The notes: generated by a model not told the origin, from the sequence alone. A stretch of 64,000 bases of DNA from the human T2T-CHM13v2.0 reference genome, Homo sapiens (GCF_009914755.1 NC_060944.1); one strand, 5' to 3'; numbered from the stretch's first letter, positions 1-23,284 are shown. Translations and numbers: made by a program.

Positions 1-380
1 AATTCCTCTAAACAGAATAATCAGGTCAAAGAGTATACAGCTTTAAAATGTTGACAGACCTCACAGAAGTCCTCCAAAGATGACTGATTTATGTTCTTAC
101 CAACTATGTAGTGCTATGCCTTGCTGACACCTTTATTAACAAAATAGAGCCTTCTGTCTTTAAGTTGACTTAGCTTCAACTAATTATGTATTTGAAACCA
201 ACTGTAATTTCCAACCATTCGTTTTTCAACAAACATTTATCCTTTGTGTCAGGAACTGGGATGAGAGGAATGAGGGGATACCCTCAAAATATCCTCATTA
301 GACTAGAGGTACAGAGACAGGCTAACACATAGTTTGTACCACAGTGTGACAAAGGCTATGAATTAGGTAACATAACATAA

Positions 381-1063
<683 letters not shown>

Positions 1064-1149
1064 TAATTTTTCAAGAAAAGCCTGGAAACTAGGTTTTTAT
1101 ATCACAGCTTTTTATTTTGAAATATTGGCAAAAAATTTAAATATTATTT

Positions 1150-1730
1150 CAGTTGGCATAATGTCCTCAAGGTTCATCCATGTTGTAGCATTTTATTTTA
1201 TTTATCTTTTGAGACTGAGTCTCACTCTGTCACCCAGGCTGGAGTGCAGCGGCACAATCTGCAACATCTGCCTCCCAGCTTCCAGTGATTCTCCTTCCTC
1301 AGCCTCCTGAGGAGCTGGGATTACAGGTGCATGCCACCATGCCCGGCTAATTTTTGTATTTTTAGTAGAGATGGGGTTTCACCAGATTGGCCAGGCTGGT
1401 CTCGAACTTCTGACCTCAAGTGATCCGCCTCCCTCGGCCTCCCAAAGTGTTGGGATAACAGGCGTGAGCCACCATGCTGGTCATGTTGTAGCATTTTAAT
1501 GTTGAATAATGTTTCATTATATATATGTACTGCATTTTTGTTAATTCATTAATCTAATGATGGATATTTGGGTTGTTTCTACCTTTTGACTATTGGGAAT
1601 GATGTGGATATAAATACTGATGTACAAATATCTGAGTCCCAGTTTTCAATTCTTTTAGATATATATATCTAGGAGTGGGATTGCTGAATTATGTTCTAAT
1701 TCTGTATTTACCTTTAAGATTTTTTAACTT
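1150..1730 (-). mobile_element. L1M (L1MB-like) 3' region fragment, interrupted by Alu
   Basis: aggttcatccatgttgtagca, ggttgtttctaccttttgactatt and ctaggagtgggattgctg motifs. Confidence 0.75.
1191..1482 (-). mobile_element. Alu (Sx-like)
   Basis: Antisense Alu; TSD catgttgtagcatttta on both sides. Confidence 0.95.
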
Positions 1731-2046
1731 TAAACATTTTAATCTGTATTTAATGGAAAAACATAAGAAAGGAAAAATATCCCAGAGGAAAAATATGCAA
1801 ATAAATTCTACCTCTGGTTGATATACAGTTATTAATAACAAAACTAGTGTGAGTTTAGAGAGAATGTTTAGCAAACACTGATAAATGAAAAGAAAAAAAA
1901 TTACCAAAAACCCTGTATCTGCAAAACAACCACTGTTAATAGTGATCTTTATTTTCAGAGAATACAAATATAGATCAAGATTAATAGTGAAAATAAGGCC
2001 AGCATTTAGAACAGTATATGTAAAATCATTATTTAAAAACAAACAA

Positions 2047-2367
<321 letters not shown>

Positions 2368-2369
2368 TA

Positions 2370-2762
<393 letters not shown>

Positions 2763-2794
2763 TCATTTATCTTGGCTTCTGAAAGAAAGGAATG

Positions 2795-2890
2795 CTATTA
2801 TGACCACTTTACAGTGGGAAAGGTTGTGTCGTAGGGCTTCTACATCATGTGTCAGAGCTGGGATTTGAACCCAGGCCATCCCAGTGCCCA
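2795..2890 (-). mobile_element. MIR fragment
   Basis: ccactttacag ... cagagctgggatttgaacccagg. Confidence 0.55.
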
Positions 2891-3304
2891 TGTTTACCTG
2901 TAGGCACAGCAGCCTCACAGATGTCACATCACACACAGTGTTTGCGAAATTTATCTCAACTTTTGTTGTGATGAAAAATTTCCGACAAATACTTTTCTGC
3001 AAGATAATTTTTTAACCACTGCACACTATTCCAGGGATGGGTGTATCAATCCCATACATCTCTATTGATTATGTCTCCATGATTTCATGTTTATACTATT
3101 ACATCAATGAGGTGAATAGCATTGTCTATATATATTTGCACGCATTCTTATTTTTTTTAGGATAAATTCCCAGAAGTGGAATTGCCCAATAAAACAAAAA
3201 AGACTTCAAGCCATTTGATATACACTGCCAAACTGGCTCTCGGAAAATTGTGCTAATTTACATTTCTAACATCAGTATATAAGAGTGCTTTCTTCTACAT
3301 GTTA

Positions 3305-4043
<739 letters not shown>

Positions 4044-4755
4044 GAATGTGGAGGGACTGGAACTCTCATATACCACTGGTAGAAAAGAAAGATGTTGCAA
4101 CCATTCTGGAAAATAGTTTGACAGTTTCTTTAAAAGTTCAATGTCCATCTACCCTATGATCTAGCCATTTCATGCCTTGGTATTTATCCAAGAGAAAAGG
4201 AAATAGATGTCCATACAAAGAGTTGTACACAAATGTTTATAGTGGTTTTAATTGTAATAACTTCAAACTGAAAATAAACCATATGTCCGTCAACAACTTA
4301 ATAGATAAACAAATTGTGGTACATCCATACAATGGAATAGCACTCAGCAATAAAAGTAAATGAACTATTGATACATGCAATGACATTAGTGATTCTCAAA
4401 ATTATTATGCTGAGTGAAAGATGCCAGACAACAAAGAGTACATGACATTTGATTCCATTTGTATAAACACTAAGAAGTATACACTAATCTCCATTTAGTG
4501 ACACTAACCTATAATGACACTAATCTATAGTAAAGCAGACCAGTGGTTGCCTGGTAATCGGCGGGAGGAACAAAATAAAGTAATTACAAAGAAATCTTTT
4601 GGACTAATGGATATGGTTACTATATTGATTTGTGGTGATGATTTCTTGGTCATATACATAGAACAGAACAAAACAAATTGTACCTTTTCAATATGTGTAG
4701 TTATTGTATGTTAATTACATGTCAATAAAGATGCTTTTAAAAATCCCCCCAGGTA

Positions 4756-5060
4756 GGCCAGGTGCAGTGGCTCATGCCTATAAGTCCAGCACTTTGGGAG
4801 GACAAGGTGGGAGGATTGCTTGAGCTCAGGAGTTTGAGACCAGCTTGGGCAACATGGCAAAACTCTGTCTCTACCCAAAATACAAAAATTAGCTTGGCAT
4901 GGTGGTGCATGCCTGTGGTCCCAGCTACTTGGGAGACTGAGATGGGAGGATTGCGGGAGACTGGGAAGTTGAGGCTGCAGTGCGCCATGATGATGCTACT
5001 GCACTGTAGCTTGGGTGAGAGAATGAGACCCTGTCTCAAAAAAAAAAAAAAAAAAAAAAA
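4756..5060 (+). mobile_element. Alu (J-type)
   Basis: ggaggattgcttgagctcagg, gttgaggctgcagtg; A tail. Confidence 0.93.
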
Positions 5061-5159
5061 TTCCTCTCAGGACGGTTGGCCCTACGTACGTGCGGATTCT
5101 GTATCCATGGATTAACTCAACTCAACTGAAAATATTTGAAAAAAAAAAAAAAAGATGAT

Positions 5160-5535
<376 letters not shown>

Positions 5536-5563
5536 TTAGGTGTTATAAGTAATCTACAGGTAA

Positions 5564-5868
<305 letters not shown>

Positions 5869-6659
5869 AAATACACCTTTTTCTGTCAGGAACTTGAGCA
5901 TCTGTGGATTTTGGTATCCGTGGGAGGTCCTGGAACCAATCCCCCAGGGATATGGAGGGACAACTGTATTACAATATTCTCATTGTTTTACTTATTGTTG
6001 TTGTTTACTAAGCAGGGGCACTGAATATGGTCAGGCAGGCTGCCAATTTCACAGTTCTCTATTTGGAGTGTCTGTTTCCAAATAGACACCCCCCCGAAGC
6101 TGTGAAATGGGGCAGCTTCGCCAATAAGCTGAACATCATGGCATCTATTGATCAGCCTTTTATATTTCTTTTTACGGGTATTGCCTTTATTTTGAGGATT
6201 TTCCATCTGTAAGTTCTCTTTATATAGGCTATTAGGCGTCTGTCATACATGTTGCAAAGATGTTTTCCAGCTTTGCAATTTGGAGTTGACTTTTGACACC
6301 GATGAACCAGTGACAATTACTTCTGATCCGATAACTTATTTGTTGGCAAAGCATGGTCCTGTGAATTCCTTTCTTGGCACCTAGGATCATTGCTTCAGCA
6401 TCTGTTCTTTTAGAAAACAGGTTTGTCCAGCAACTTGTATTTGTCATCTTCCTTGTGATTTGTTTGATCAAGTACATTGTCTGTTAAGTTGAGTTGCTGC
6501 TGGCTTTCAGGTCAAACGCATTAGGCTTTAATAGGCATTCTGAAGTGCTTACCAAACCCAGCTCTGTAGTAAAGGAACTGTTAAGAGTCCTTCTTTTTTC
6601 TTTTCCTTCTCCTACTTTTATTTCAGTTTGTTGAATTCCTCCCATAATCTGCCTCTGGG

Positions 6660-6865
6660 TTAAAGGCTTTACGTTATCTTTTCACATCTAATTCTCATAA
6701 CCTTGTGATCCTAGGTGTGGTTAGTTCCGTTTTTTATTTAAGGAAACTAACTTGTGGAGAAGTAAAAAAAAAAAAATTCTACCCAGAATCACATGGGTAG
6801 CAGGTGAGGAAAGTGACTTTTGAACTTACATTGGTCAGACTCCAAAAGTCAAGCTCTTAACCTTC
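6660..6865 (-). mobile_element. MIR
   Basis: aaggaaact ... tcagactccaaaagtcaagctcttaacc. Confidence 0.6.
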
Positions 6866-7146
6866 ACCCTACTACCTCTAACTTACCCTGGCTTTCAATG
6901 AGTTGCTTGTGTGTTTCTTCGTCTTTTAACCCTGATAAAGAGATTTGGTGCACAATAGGACCTGAGATCTATTGGGTTGAGAAAGAGAAAGAATATTCTA
7001 TGTGGGGTGGGCTGAGGAGGTGTTTCCAAAATGTTTCCACTTCAGTTTCATACACAAACATACAATGGATGAAAAAGCAGGAAGGCAATAAGCTCACTTT
7101 GTTACACACTCCTCCGCAGTCAGGTTGTACATAATGCCGCTACGAG

Positions 7147-7358
7147 CAGCTTCTCAACCTCAGCACTGTTGACATTTTGGGTGGATAATTCTCTGTTTTG
7201 TGTTGCTGTCGTGTGCCTTGGATATTTAGCAGTATCCCTGGCCTCTACCCACTAGATGCCAGTAGCACCTCCACCCCTGCTGTGACAATGGAAAATGTTT
7301 CCAGACATTGCCAAACGTCCTCTGGGAGGAAGAATCGCCCCTGGTAAACACTCAATGG
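7147..7358 (-). mobile_element. MER20 (hAT-Charlie)
   Basis: ttctcaacctcagcactgttgacatttt ... ccctggcctctacccactagatgccagtagcacc ... ccagacattgccaaa. Confidence 0.9.
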
Positions 7359-7614
7359 CCTATGATTAATAAAGGCTTAACAATGCCTTTCACAGCTCCA
7401 AAGAAATATCCATAGATTACAAGGCTAATAAAGATACACTGGGTCATGTATTTCTCTCCTTCTCTCTCTCTCTCTTTTTTTTTTCCCGCTAGCAGAATTT
7501 CCTAGTGGAAGCTGAATGTTTGATTAGCACACTTAGAAACCGTAGAAATGTTTATTTAAATATATGGCTAACACAAAGAAAACATTTTTATCATTATTTT
7601 CTCATTACAGATAA

Positions 7615-8130
<516 letters not shown>

Positions 8131-8434
8131 ACTGGGGTTTATTTACACTACTGACTTCCAAAATTAATATTCATCCACAGTAGGACAATTAAACACAATC
8201 ATTAAAAACAAAATGAAGACTATAAAATCAGTGCTATCTTACCACTCAGCAATAATCTGTATTGACATTTTGCTATGAATTCATTCAGTCTTCATTCTCT
8301 GCATTTAAAAACATATATGCTTTAGAAAAAACGAAACATGTTTAATATCCTATGTTTTTTCTTTATATTTGGGACTACTTTTCCATCATGATGTTAAACA
8401 TTCTTTACTAAGTACCATTTAAAAGGGCTATATA

Positions 8435-8768
<334 letters not shown>

Positions 8769-9107
8769 CTATTTCATATTCTACCAGGGAACATTTAAAC
8801 AGTCTCCCATTGCCAGACATTCTGGTTGTATTTTTTTCCTCTCTCCCTCTCTCCTTCTCCCACCCTCTCTCTTTCTTTCTTTTTCATGTTATTTACACAA
8901 GATAAATTCCTAGCAGTGAAATACTGGAGTAAAAGTAATCCTATGTATTTTGAAGAGTGCCGATGTCATCAAAAAGTGATATATTTTTAAGGCTCATGAT
9001 GCATGCTGTCAAATGCACCCCCCCAAAGGTTGTACTGATTTACATTTTACCTGCATTGGATGGATGGATATACTTTTTTCCTCCAAAAAACAAAGGGCTT
9101 CTAACTA

Positions 9108-9479
<372 letters not shown>

Positions 9480-10334
9480 TCACAGAGAAAGTCATATTGC
9501 CTTTTATTTGCATTTCTTTGCTAGTAATAGTTCTTTATGAAACATGAGAAATTTATGCACTTAACAAGAAGTAGTGGGGGAGTAGTAGTTAAAGATAGAC
9601 TCTGCAATATGAGGAATAGTGAGACCCATTTCACAGATGAAAAAGTGTGTAGACCTAAAATGTTAATGTGTATATTTAATTATACAACATAACTGCAAAT
9701 CAATGTAAGAGAATAGGTTTAAACTCCTTACAAACATACTTCTTATATATCTCATAAATCTGAACCCTAAGATGAAAGCAAATTGACAAATTAATACAAA
9801 CAAAACTATGAGGACTTGGAAACCCAAATTAGCAGCAATAATTTCATATGTGGATGAAACAACTGCACAGAAGTGCAATCTCTGTAAGCAGTGTGGATGC
9901 CTTGTCATGGCACTTTCTGAGTCTGCAATGACTCAGCCCATCCTCCACTTTTCTCCTGAATCACGAAAAACAAAGCATTCCTGCTGGCACAAATGCATCC
10001 TTTACATGCCCATCCTGCCTCTTTCTTCTTCCCATTCACTCCACAAGTAAAGTAATATAACTTGGGGTCATTTATTGTAAACCCAAGTACACAATTAAGT
10101 GGGATGTTTAGTTAGCATACGGAAATATTATGTTTAGATCATTTGCGAAAGAGAATGGAAATGTAAACTACTTTCTTATAGGAAACTAAAACCCACTTAG
10201 CTAAATGTTGAAAGCATAGGCCAAGGATGAGACAGACTGAGCAAGTCAGAGCCACAGTGTTCTTATCTGTGAAATGGAGGAAATAATAGTTACCCCATAG
10301 GTTGTAGTAGATTGAGTCAGAATAATGCAGGTAG

Positions 10335-10870
<536 letters not shown>

Positions 10871-11546
10871 TAAGGAGAAATGTTTCATTCCAAAACAAGA
10901 CCACAGATTATTTTAAAAGTCCCCAAAGCAGGAGATCTGTGTTCCATGATCCCCGCCCCCCGCCCCTGCATTTGCTCCACTCAGCCAAGGTCTAGCTGGA
11001 GTGTTTTTACACCAAGATTTCTGTTCGTTTTCATTGATACAATTCAGTTGCACAGAGCGCTTCTTAATCTCTCTGCTCAAATAATTGGATGTGTTTCGAG
11101 TGATTTTCTAAGTGAGAGAATCAGTGGTTTCTATGCAGCATAAACACCGGGAACCTGATTCACAACTTTCTTAGTGGAGTCTGACATCTACAGAAGCCTC
11201 CCTGCGGATCTTGACTCTCCTTCCTGGCATCTGACTCCAGGAAGGTGGCGTCTGAACCACCTCCTGCCAACAAAATCCTGGGAAAATAAAGCTGGACCCA
11301 TTCAAGGCGAAATTCCCCATAGCCACAGCAAGCTGGAATGAATTTACATGCACATTTAGTTGATATTTCCTGCTTGTCTCTTGAACATGTAAATGGATGC
11401 TACTCCCTTCTGTAGAAGCAGGGTCAGGTAAGGACACAATTAATGCTTACAGGTTTCCCTGAGGGCTCCCAGGCCCCCAATCTCCCAATCTCACACTTCC
11501 CTAATACCGTGACTCATGGAGTCTCATGCTCACAGTGAAACCCTGA

Positions 11547-11882
<336 letters not shown>

Positions 11883-11949
11883 TCCTCCAAATCTTTCTAA
11901 GAAAGCATTTTGAAGCCCAACTTCATTTTCATTATTATTATTAATTGGG

Positions 11950-12895
<946 letters not shown>

Positions 12896-12989
12896 ACTTA
12901 CTTGATTTTGAGACTTGTGATTACATTATGTGCTGCATTTCCTGCCCTTTATTAACACAATAGTTTTTTTTTTCTTCTTTGTCTGGGTA

Positions 12990-13536
12990 AAAGAGATTGT
13001 AAAAAGTGGCTGTATCTTTTTCCTCCCTGTATCTATACCCTTTGCACATATTTTTTTGTGATCCCTTCTATGAAGAAGTGGGATCTATTTCCCACTCCTT
13101 GAATAGCAGCTGGATTTTTGACTTGCTTTGGCCAACAGAATGCAGTAGAAATAGCAGTGTACCGGCACCAAGCTCCAGCCTCAGGAGACCTCATGAGAGT
13201 CTGTTTATATTTTGGAACACTGCTACTGCCATAGGACAAGCCTGGCCTGGCTAGATGGATGGGAGACCACGTGGAGAAGGGCCCAGCTGTCTCAGCTAAA
13301 GCCATCATAGACCAACATACAGCCAGCCTACTTCCTAACACATGAGAGAGCCCTGTCTGGATTAGCAGAAACACCTACTCAACACAAAGCTGATTACAGA
13401 AGCACGAGTGACCTCAACTTGGAAGAGAAGAACCCCTTGGCAGAACCCATAAACTCATAAACAATAGCAAATGCTTATTGTTTTAAGTTGTGGAGTTTTG
13501 GGATTATATGTTATGCAGCCATATGTGACTGATACA
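12990..13536 (+). mobile_element. MLT1 (MLT1H-like) MaLR solo LTR
   Basis: cctccctgtatc...gacttgctttggccaacagaatg at the start; gttttaag...gttatgcagc...actgataca at the end. Confidence 0.8.
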
Positions 13537-13669
13537 GGCTAGATCTTCACCTCTTCCCCTACCATTTACTATTTGTGTAAACATAGTCAATGTAGTTAAT
13601 ATCTCTGAACTTAAAGACGTCTCATCTGTATGATAGGATCATGATACTTGCTTTAAAAAACAATTTGGA

Positions 13670-14075
<406 letters not shown>

Positions 14076-14563
14076 TTACCTTAACACATTTTCTTACAGT
14101 AAAATCTTCTATGACTTTGGGACTAGAAAGGCCTGGACATGCTCAAGACTTGTCCTTCCAGTTTGGAGTATGAGTGCATTTTCCTTCGCCAGATATTTCA
14201 TCATCACATGGTCTAGTTATTTATTTTCATTGATTGAGAAGAACCTGTGATAAATGCACAGTTGTAAAATATCAAGTGCTTTTGCCGTGGATTTGTAGTT
14301 TATGAAATTACAATAGCCTTGCCAGTGCCTTTAAAAGCTAGTGCCACATGAAAACCAAGATGCATTCATTTGGTTTACAGATACTGTTTTGTGTGTATAA
14401 CAAGTCACAGGATCCTTTCCTATGATTTCCTAGCTTCTCAAACCCGTCGTCTTTCACCACTGCAGGGGACTATGGCCAACGGGCTAGAAACTATTGATTA
14501 AGGCCAATAGAAGACTATGAGACGCGGCCCTTCATGGACCAAACTTTCCTTAAGCTTGCTTAA

Positions 14564-14917
<354 letters not shown>

Positions 14918-15234
14918 TTGTTCCTTTTGTTCTATCCACGCTGGCCTTCTGGCTGTTCTTCAACCAAGCAAAACGAGGTTTTTTGCTACTTCCTCTGCCT
15001 GGGAAGCTTGCTCCTGGCTCTTCACATAGCCAGCTCGTTTTTCCCTTCAGATTTGTGCCCAAAGATCACCACAGCCGCTGAACATGGAGGTGGGAGGAGA
15101 TGAGCAATAAGACCATTCCTTACATGGTGTTTCCATGACACAGGAAAATCACTGCAGGAGCACAGATGATAGCAGCAAAGTGTGGGAAAATCATTAGGAA
15201 GGGATGAGTTTCCACTCTTTGTTTCCTTTGTTAT

Positions 15235-15510
15235 TTCTATTTTTAAATTTAATTTAAATTTTTTCATTTTTAATTTTTGTGGGTACATAGTAGGTGTATA
15301 TGTTTATAGGGTACATGAGATGTTTGGAGACAGGCATGCAATGTGAAATAAGCACATCATGGAGAATGGGGTATCTATCTTCTCACGCATTTATCCTTTG
15401 AGTTAGAAACAATCCAATTACAATCTTTGAGTTATTTTAAAATGTACAATTAAGTTATTTTTGACTATAGTCACCCAGTTGTGCTATCCAATAGCAAGTC
15501 TTATTCATTC
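15235..15510 (-). mobile_element. L1MA2/3-like 3' end
   Basis: tttttgtgggtacatagtaggtgtata ... gcatgcaatgtgaaataagcacatcatggagaatggggtatc. Confidence 0.88.
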
Positions 15511-15511
15511 T

Positions 15512-15815
15512 GTTTTTTCTTTTTCTTTGAGACAGAGTCTTGCTCTGTCACCAGGCTGGAATGCAGTAGCAAGATCATGGCTCACTACAACCTGGAACTC
15601 TTGGGCTCAAAAGATCCTCTCCCCTAAGCCTCCTGTGAGGCTAAGACTACAGGTGTGCACCACTGTGTCTGGATAATTTTTTAAAAAATTTTTAATTTGT
15701 AGAGACAGGTCTTGCTACATCGCCCAGGCCGGTTTCAAACTCCTGGCCTCAAGCAATCCTCCCGCCTCAGCCTCCCAGAGTGCTGGGATTACAGGCATGA
15801 GCCATTTTGCTTGCC
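15512..15815 (-). mobile_element. Alu (J-type)
   Basis: Diverged antisense Alu. Confidence 0.9.
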
Positions 15816-15823
15816 TTTTAAAT

Positions 15824-16121
15824 TTTTTTTTTTTTTTTTTGAGACGGAGTCTCACTCTGTCACCCAGGTTGGAGTGCAGTGGCGCGATCTCGGCTCACTG
15901 CAAGGTCTGCCTCCCGGGTTCACGCCATTCTCCTGCCTCAGCATCCTGAGTAGCTGGGACTACAGTCGCCCGCCACAACGCCCGGCTAATTTTTTGTATT
16001 TTTAGTAGAGACGGGGTTTCACCATGTTAGCCAGGATGGTCTCAATCTCCTGACATCGTGATCTGCCTGCCTCAGCCTCCCAAAGTGCTGGGATTACAGG
16101 TGTGAGCCACCGTGCCCGGCC
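15824..16121 (-). mobile_element. AluY-like
   Basis: ttcacgccattctcc, ttagccaggatggtctc; TSD taaatttttt. Confidence 0.95.
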
Positions 16122-16144
16122 TAAATTTTTTGTGTGTGTGTGTG

Positions 16145-16820
<676 letters not shown>

Positions 16821-16834
16821 TAAATTTAAGTTTG

Positions 16835-17135
16835 GGCCGGGTGCAGTGGCTCATGCCTATACTCCCAACAATTTAGGAGGCTGAGGCGGGAGGACTGCTT
16901 GACTCCCGGAGTTTGAGACCAGCCCTGGCAATCTAGTGAAACCTCATTTCTTCAAATAATACAAAAAATTAGCCAGGTGTGGTGGCATGCGCCTGTAGTC
17001 CCAGCTACTTGGGAGACTGAGGTGGGAGAATCAGGAGGCAGTGAGCCATGGTCGCGCCATTGCGCTCCAGCCTGGGTGGCAGAGTGAAGCCCTGTCCTCT
17101 CTCTTTTTATATACATATACATAAAATAAAATAAA
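16835..17135 (+). mobile_element. Alu (J-type, internal deletion)
   Basis: Sense Alu lacking part of the right arm (ggagaatc-aggaggcagtgagcc). Confidence 0.9.
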
Positions 17136-17250
17136 TTTTAGTTTGTAGAATTTAATTTTTTTAAAGATTGTGTTTAACAACCAGCTTGTGAAATTCCTGA
17201 AAACTTAACAACCAGCTCTTAAGTGCTGGGGTGAGCCCAGGGTCCAGCAA
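17136..17250 (-). mobile_element. MER63-like (hAT-Blackjack) 5' fragment
   Basis: tgtttaacaaccagcttgtgaaattcctgaaaacttaacaaccagctct. Confidence 0.65.
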
Positions 17251-17421
17251 TCTTGGAGCCAGAACTCCAGCTGAGGACTCTCAACTCCACAGTCCTCCTC
17301 TGTATCACTGATCCCACAGGCCTTCCTGACTCAATTGATCACCTCATCAGTGACCTTATCACAAACTGTGGCAGAACCCAGGCATCCTAACCATCCTCCC
17401 CACTTTGGAAACGTGGCTGAA

Positions 17422-17587
17422 GGGTGTAGTGGCCTGCCCCTGTAGTCCCGGCTACTCAGGAGGGTGAAGTGGGAGGATTGCTTGAGCCCAGGGGGTCAAG
17501 GCTGCAGTGAGCCGAGATTGCACCATTGCACTCCACCCTGGATGACAAAGCAAGACCTATCTCAAGCAAACAAAAAACAATAACAAA
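17422..17587 (+). mobile_element. Alu right monomer (FRAM or 5'-truncated AluJ)
   Basis: Right arm only; perfect 13-bp TSD aaacgtggctgaa. Confidence 0.9.
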
Positions 17588-17630
17588 AAACGTGGCTGAA
17601 AAATTGGAAACATTGGTGGTGCTTTTGTAG

Positions 17631-18645
<1,015 letters not shown>

Positions 18646-18689
18646 CTCCTACTCTATTTTCTCTCTGATGGTCCGGGATATACTTGTTT

Positions 18690-19360
18690 TGTTTTTAACA
18701 GCATTTTTGGATATATAATTCACATATCATTTCATTCATCTATTTAAACCGTACAATCCAATGGTTTTTAGTACATTCGCAGAATTGTAAAACCACCACC
18801 ACCATTGACCTTAGAACATTTTCATCACTTCAAGAAAGCCCAAACCCTTCCGTTATTACCCTCTTCCTTCATGTCCTCCCATCCCTGAACAAGCACTAAC
18901 CTACTTTCTGTCTCTAATGATTGACCCATTCTGGGCATTTCATATAAATGGAATTATAAAATATGTGGTCTCTGTGACTGGCTTCTTTCGCTTACTGTAA
19001 TGTTCAAGGTTCATCCATATTACAGCATGTGTCAGAACCTCATTTCTTTTTATGGATAAGCAATTGTATGCATATGCTACATTTTGTTTATCCATTCATC
19101 CTGTAATGGACATTTGGGTTGTTTCCACCTTCTGTCTATTGTGAATATTGCTGCTATAAACAGTCATGTGCAAGTCTGTGTGTGAACATGTGTTTTCATT
19201 TCTCTTGGGTAAAATACCTAGGAGTGGAATTGCTGGGTGATATGGTAACTCTATATTTAACCAAACAGGGAACTGCCAGAATGTTCTCCAAAGTGGCCAT
19301 ACCATTTTACATGACCACAAGTGGTGCAGGAGGAGTCCAATTGCTCTACATCTTCAACAA
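18690..19360 (-). mobile_element. L1MB-like 3' region
   Basis: tataattcacatatc, catttcatataaatggaat, tgggtaaaatacctaggagtggaattgctggg. Confidence 0.85.
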
Positions 19361-19547
19361 CCAGAGTGCACGCATTTGCCTATCTATCACCTACACCTGG
19401 GAATATAAGTGGCCTGAAGGCTGGAGGTGCTCACCTCTGTACACGTCTCCCACCTTGGAACATAGTGGACCATGCATAGCAGATGAATGAGTAACATCCC
19501 TCTTCTTCTAGAAACTAGCATAGCACTCGGCAGAAGAAGGGCTTGCA

Positions 19548-19940
<393 letters not shown>

Positions 19941-20399
19941 TTAAAATCGTTTGTTCTCCTCCCTCCCCCAACACACACACACACACTCCACACACACAAT
20001 GAAATCTCGCTCTCTCATTTAATTTTCACAACTGCAAACAAATCTATGAACTCACATCAAGGTCATGGAGCCAAACCCTATGGCAAGCAAGGTGGCTTAG
20101 GTGTGCTCCACAGTCTGTCAAGGAACGCTGGGATGTGGCAGTTGTATTAAAGACAGGGTTAAGAATGTCACACCTGCAGGCACAGAGAGATTTTTTTGTG
20201 CTCATTTCTTTGGTTGAACTCAGAGGATCTGCAAATCAGGGCAGTTGGTCAAGTGATCTGGAATCAAGTCCAGACTCTATTGTTTACCATTTGTGAGGCT
20301 CTGGACAGGTTATTTTTTCTTTCTGGGCCTTACTCTTCTCATGCATCAATGGGAATAACAATGTTTACCCCCAGAGCGTTATTATTAAGTATGATAATA

Positions 20400-20700
20400 T
20401 TTTTATTTTTATTTTGAGACAGGTTCTCACTCTGTCGCCCAGGCTGGAGTGTAGTGGCAGTGGTGTGATTATGGCTCATTGAGCCTCAACCTGCTGGACT
20501 CAAGTGATTCTCCTCAGCCTCCTGCGTAGGTGGGACTACACGTGTGTACCTCCACACCTGGCTGAAGTTTTTAAATTTTTGGTAGACATGGGGATCTTAC
20601 TGTGTTGCCCAGGCTGATCTCAATCTCCTGAGCTCAGCGATCCTTCTGCCTCAGCCTCCCAAAGTCCTGGGGTTACAAGTGTGAGCCACCAAGCCTGGGC
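20400..20700 (-). mobile_element. Alu (J-type) inside a MIR relic (~20260-20740)
   Basis: Diverged antisense Alu. Confidence 0.9.
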
Positions 20701-20984
20701 TATTAATATATAAGTATAAGGATTAAGTGAACTGATATATAATCACCCCTTCAGTAACTCCCCTCCCACTTAAAATAAAATCCAAGAAACCAGGATGTCT
20801 GGTCATTCTAACTCTAGATTACTTTGGACTTCAAAGCTCCTATGCAATAATGATGCCTGAAACCTAGAAGAAAAGGACCAGAATTCCAGAGGGTCCAAAC
20901 TTACTTTCTGAATTCTGCCAAGGAGAAACAATATCCTATACACAGCTTGGCAGCTAAGGGAGAAGGCAGCCATGGTCCTTATCA

Positions 20985-21116
20985 ACAGTGACCATCTATA
21001 GGATCATCTAAATTGGGACGCTCGTATGGATACAACAGATACTATTAATAATCACACGGGGACCGCAAGCATTAACCAGGACAGTCCTGGGCAAATTGGG
21101 CTGCAGGCTCACCCCA
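20985..21116 (+). mobile_element. MER81-like (hAT-Blackjack)
   Basis: gtgaccat...ctattaataatcacacggg...aaccaggacagtcctgggcaaa...tcacccca. Confidence 0.65.
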
Positions 21117-21459
21117 GTGTATCTATTTGCAGAATCTGGAGGGCGGGCCTCCTCAGCAAGCCTCTGGCGCATGTTTGAACTGCTCTTAAGCTGTTAAGCA
21201 CTAAGCGCTGTCATCAAAGTGTTTTTCTGATAAGAAGCTCGAAGTCCACTGAGAAGAATCCAGTTGAGATAAATGGGCTCTCTACTCTGTGTCCATGTTA
21301 CGGTTTTCAAGGTTCAATAGTTACCTGCCTAGGGTCTCCTCTGTAAGTCACCAATAACCCAGTTTGATTGTATTAAAAGCGCTGGAGTTTCTTAGGTCAA
21401 AAAGAACTGGCATAACTGATGTAGAAATAGCAGTTATTATTTTCCCAGCAGCTCTTCCA

Positions 21460-21650
21460 CTCCAGGCACTGTTCTGAGTCATTTCAGCATCGTGATCTTT
21501 CTTGGAGGTGGTCGTTGTTAGACCCATTTTACGAGCGAGGACACTCAGGCTCAGAGTAAATAAGGAACTTGTCCGAGGTCACACAGCCTATAAGGGGCAG
21601 GCCTAAGAATCTGAATCTGGGGAGGTCTGACAGCAGGTCCTGGGCTCTTT
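21460..21650 (-). mobile_element. MIR
   Basis: cccattttacgagcgaggacactcaggctcagag...acttgtccgaggtcacacagc. Confidence 0.75.
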
Positions 21651-21726
21651 ATCTGTGTGGCCTCTTTCTTGTGTGGCGGTCTTTGATCTGCATCTCCTGG
21701 AGCCCTTGGGTTAATTGATCTGTCCA

Positions 21727-22535
<809 letters not shown>

Positions 22536-22635
22536 AGAGTTGACGAATGGGCCAGTTAGTAAACAAATCATTCACTCTTTATGTGCAAAATTTTATCTAA
22601 TTTCTCCATAACATCACCAAAACTTGCACACGTAA

Positions 22636-22998
<363 letters not shown>

Positions 22999-23284
22999 TA
23001 ATTGGGCACCTCCTGGGTACCAGGCCCTGTGAATGGCATGGGAGATACAGGAGGGGACAGGACAAACATAGATGAAAGCCCCAGCTTTCGTGGAGCTGAC
23101 ATGATAAGCGGTCAAAGCAACAATCAAACAATAATCGTACATAGAATTAGCTAACCCAAGTGTGACGAGCTGTGGCAGAATGCACTGAGAATTCTTTAAC
23201 CAAGTACTGCTTGGCCAAGATCTGAAAGATGATCAAGTGCCAACAGGCAGAGAGTTTAGGCAGAGCAGCCCAGGCTCAGCACCA

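Noticed and set aside
21120-21250. GC-box-like ggagggcgggcc as a promoter
   Set aside because: Isolated motif with no CpG island or downstream exon evidence
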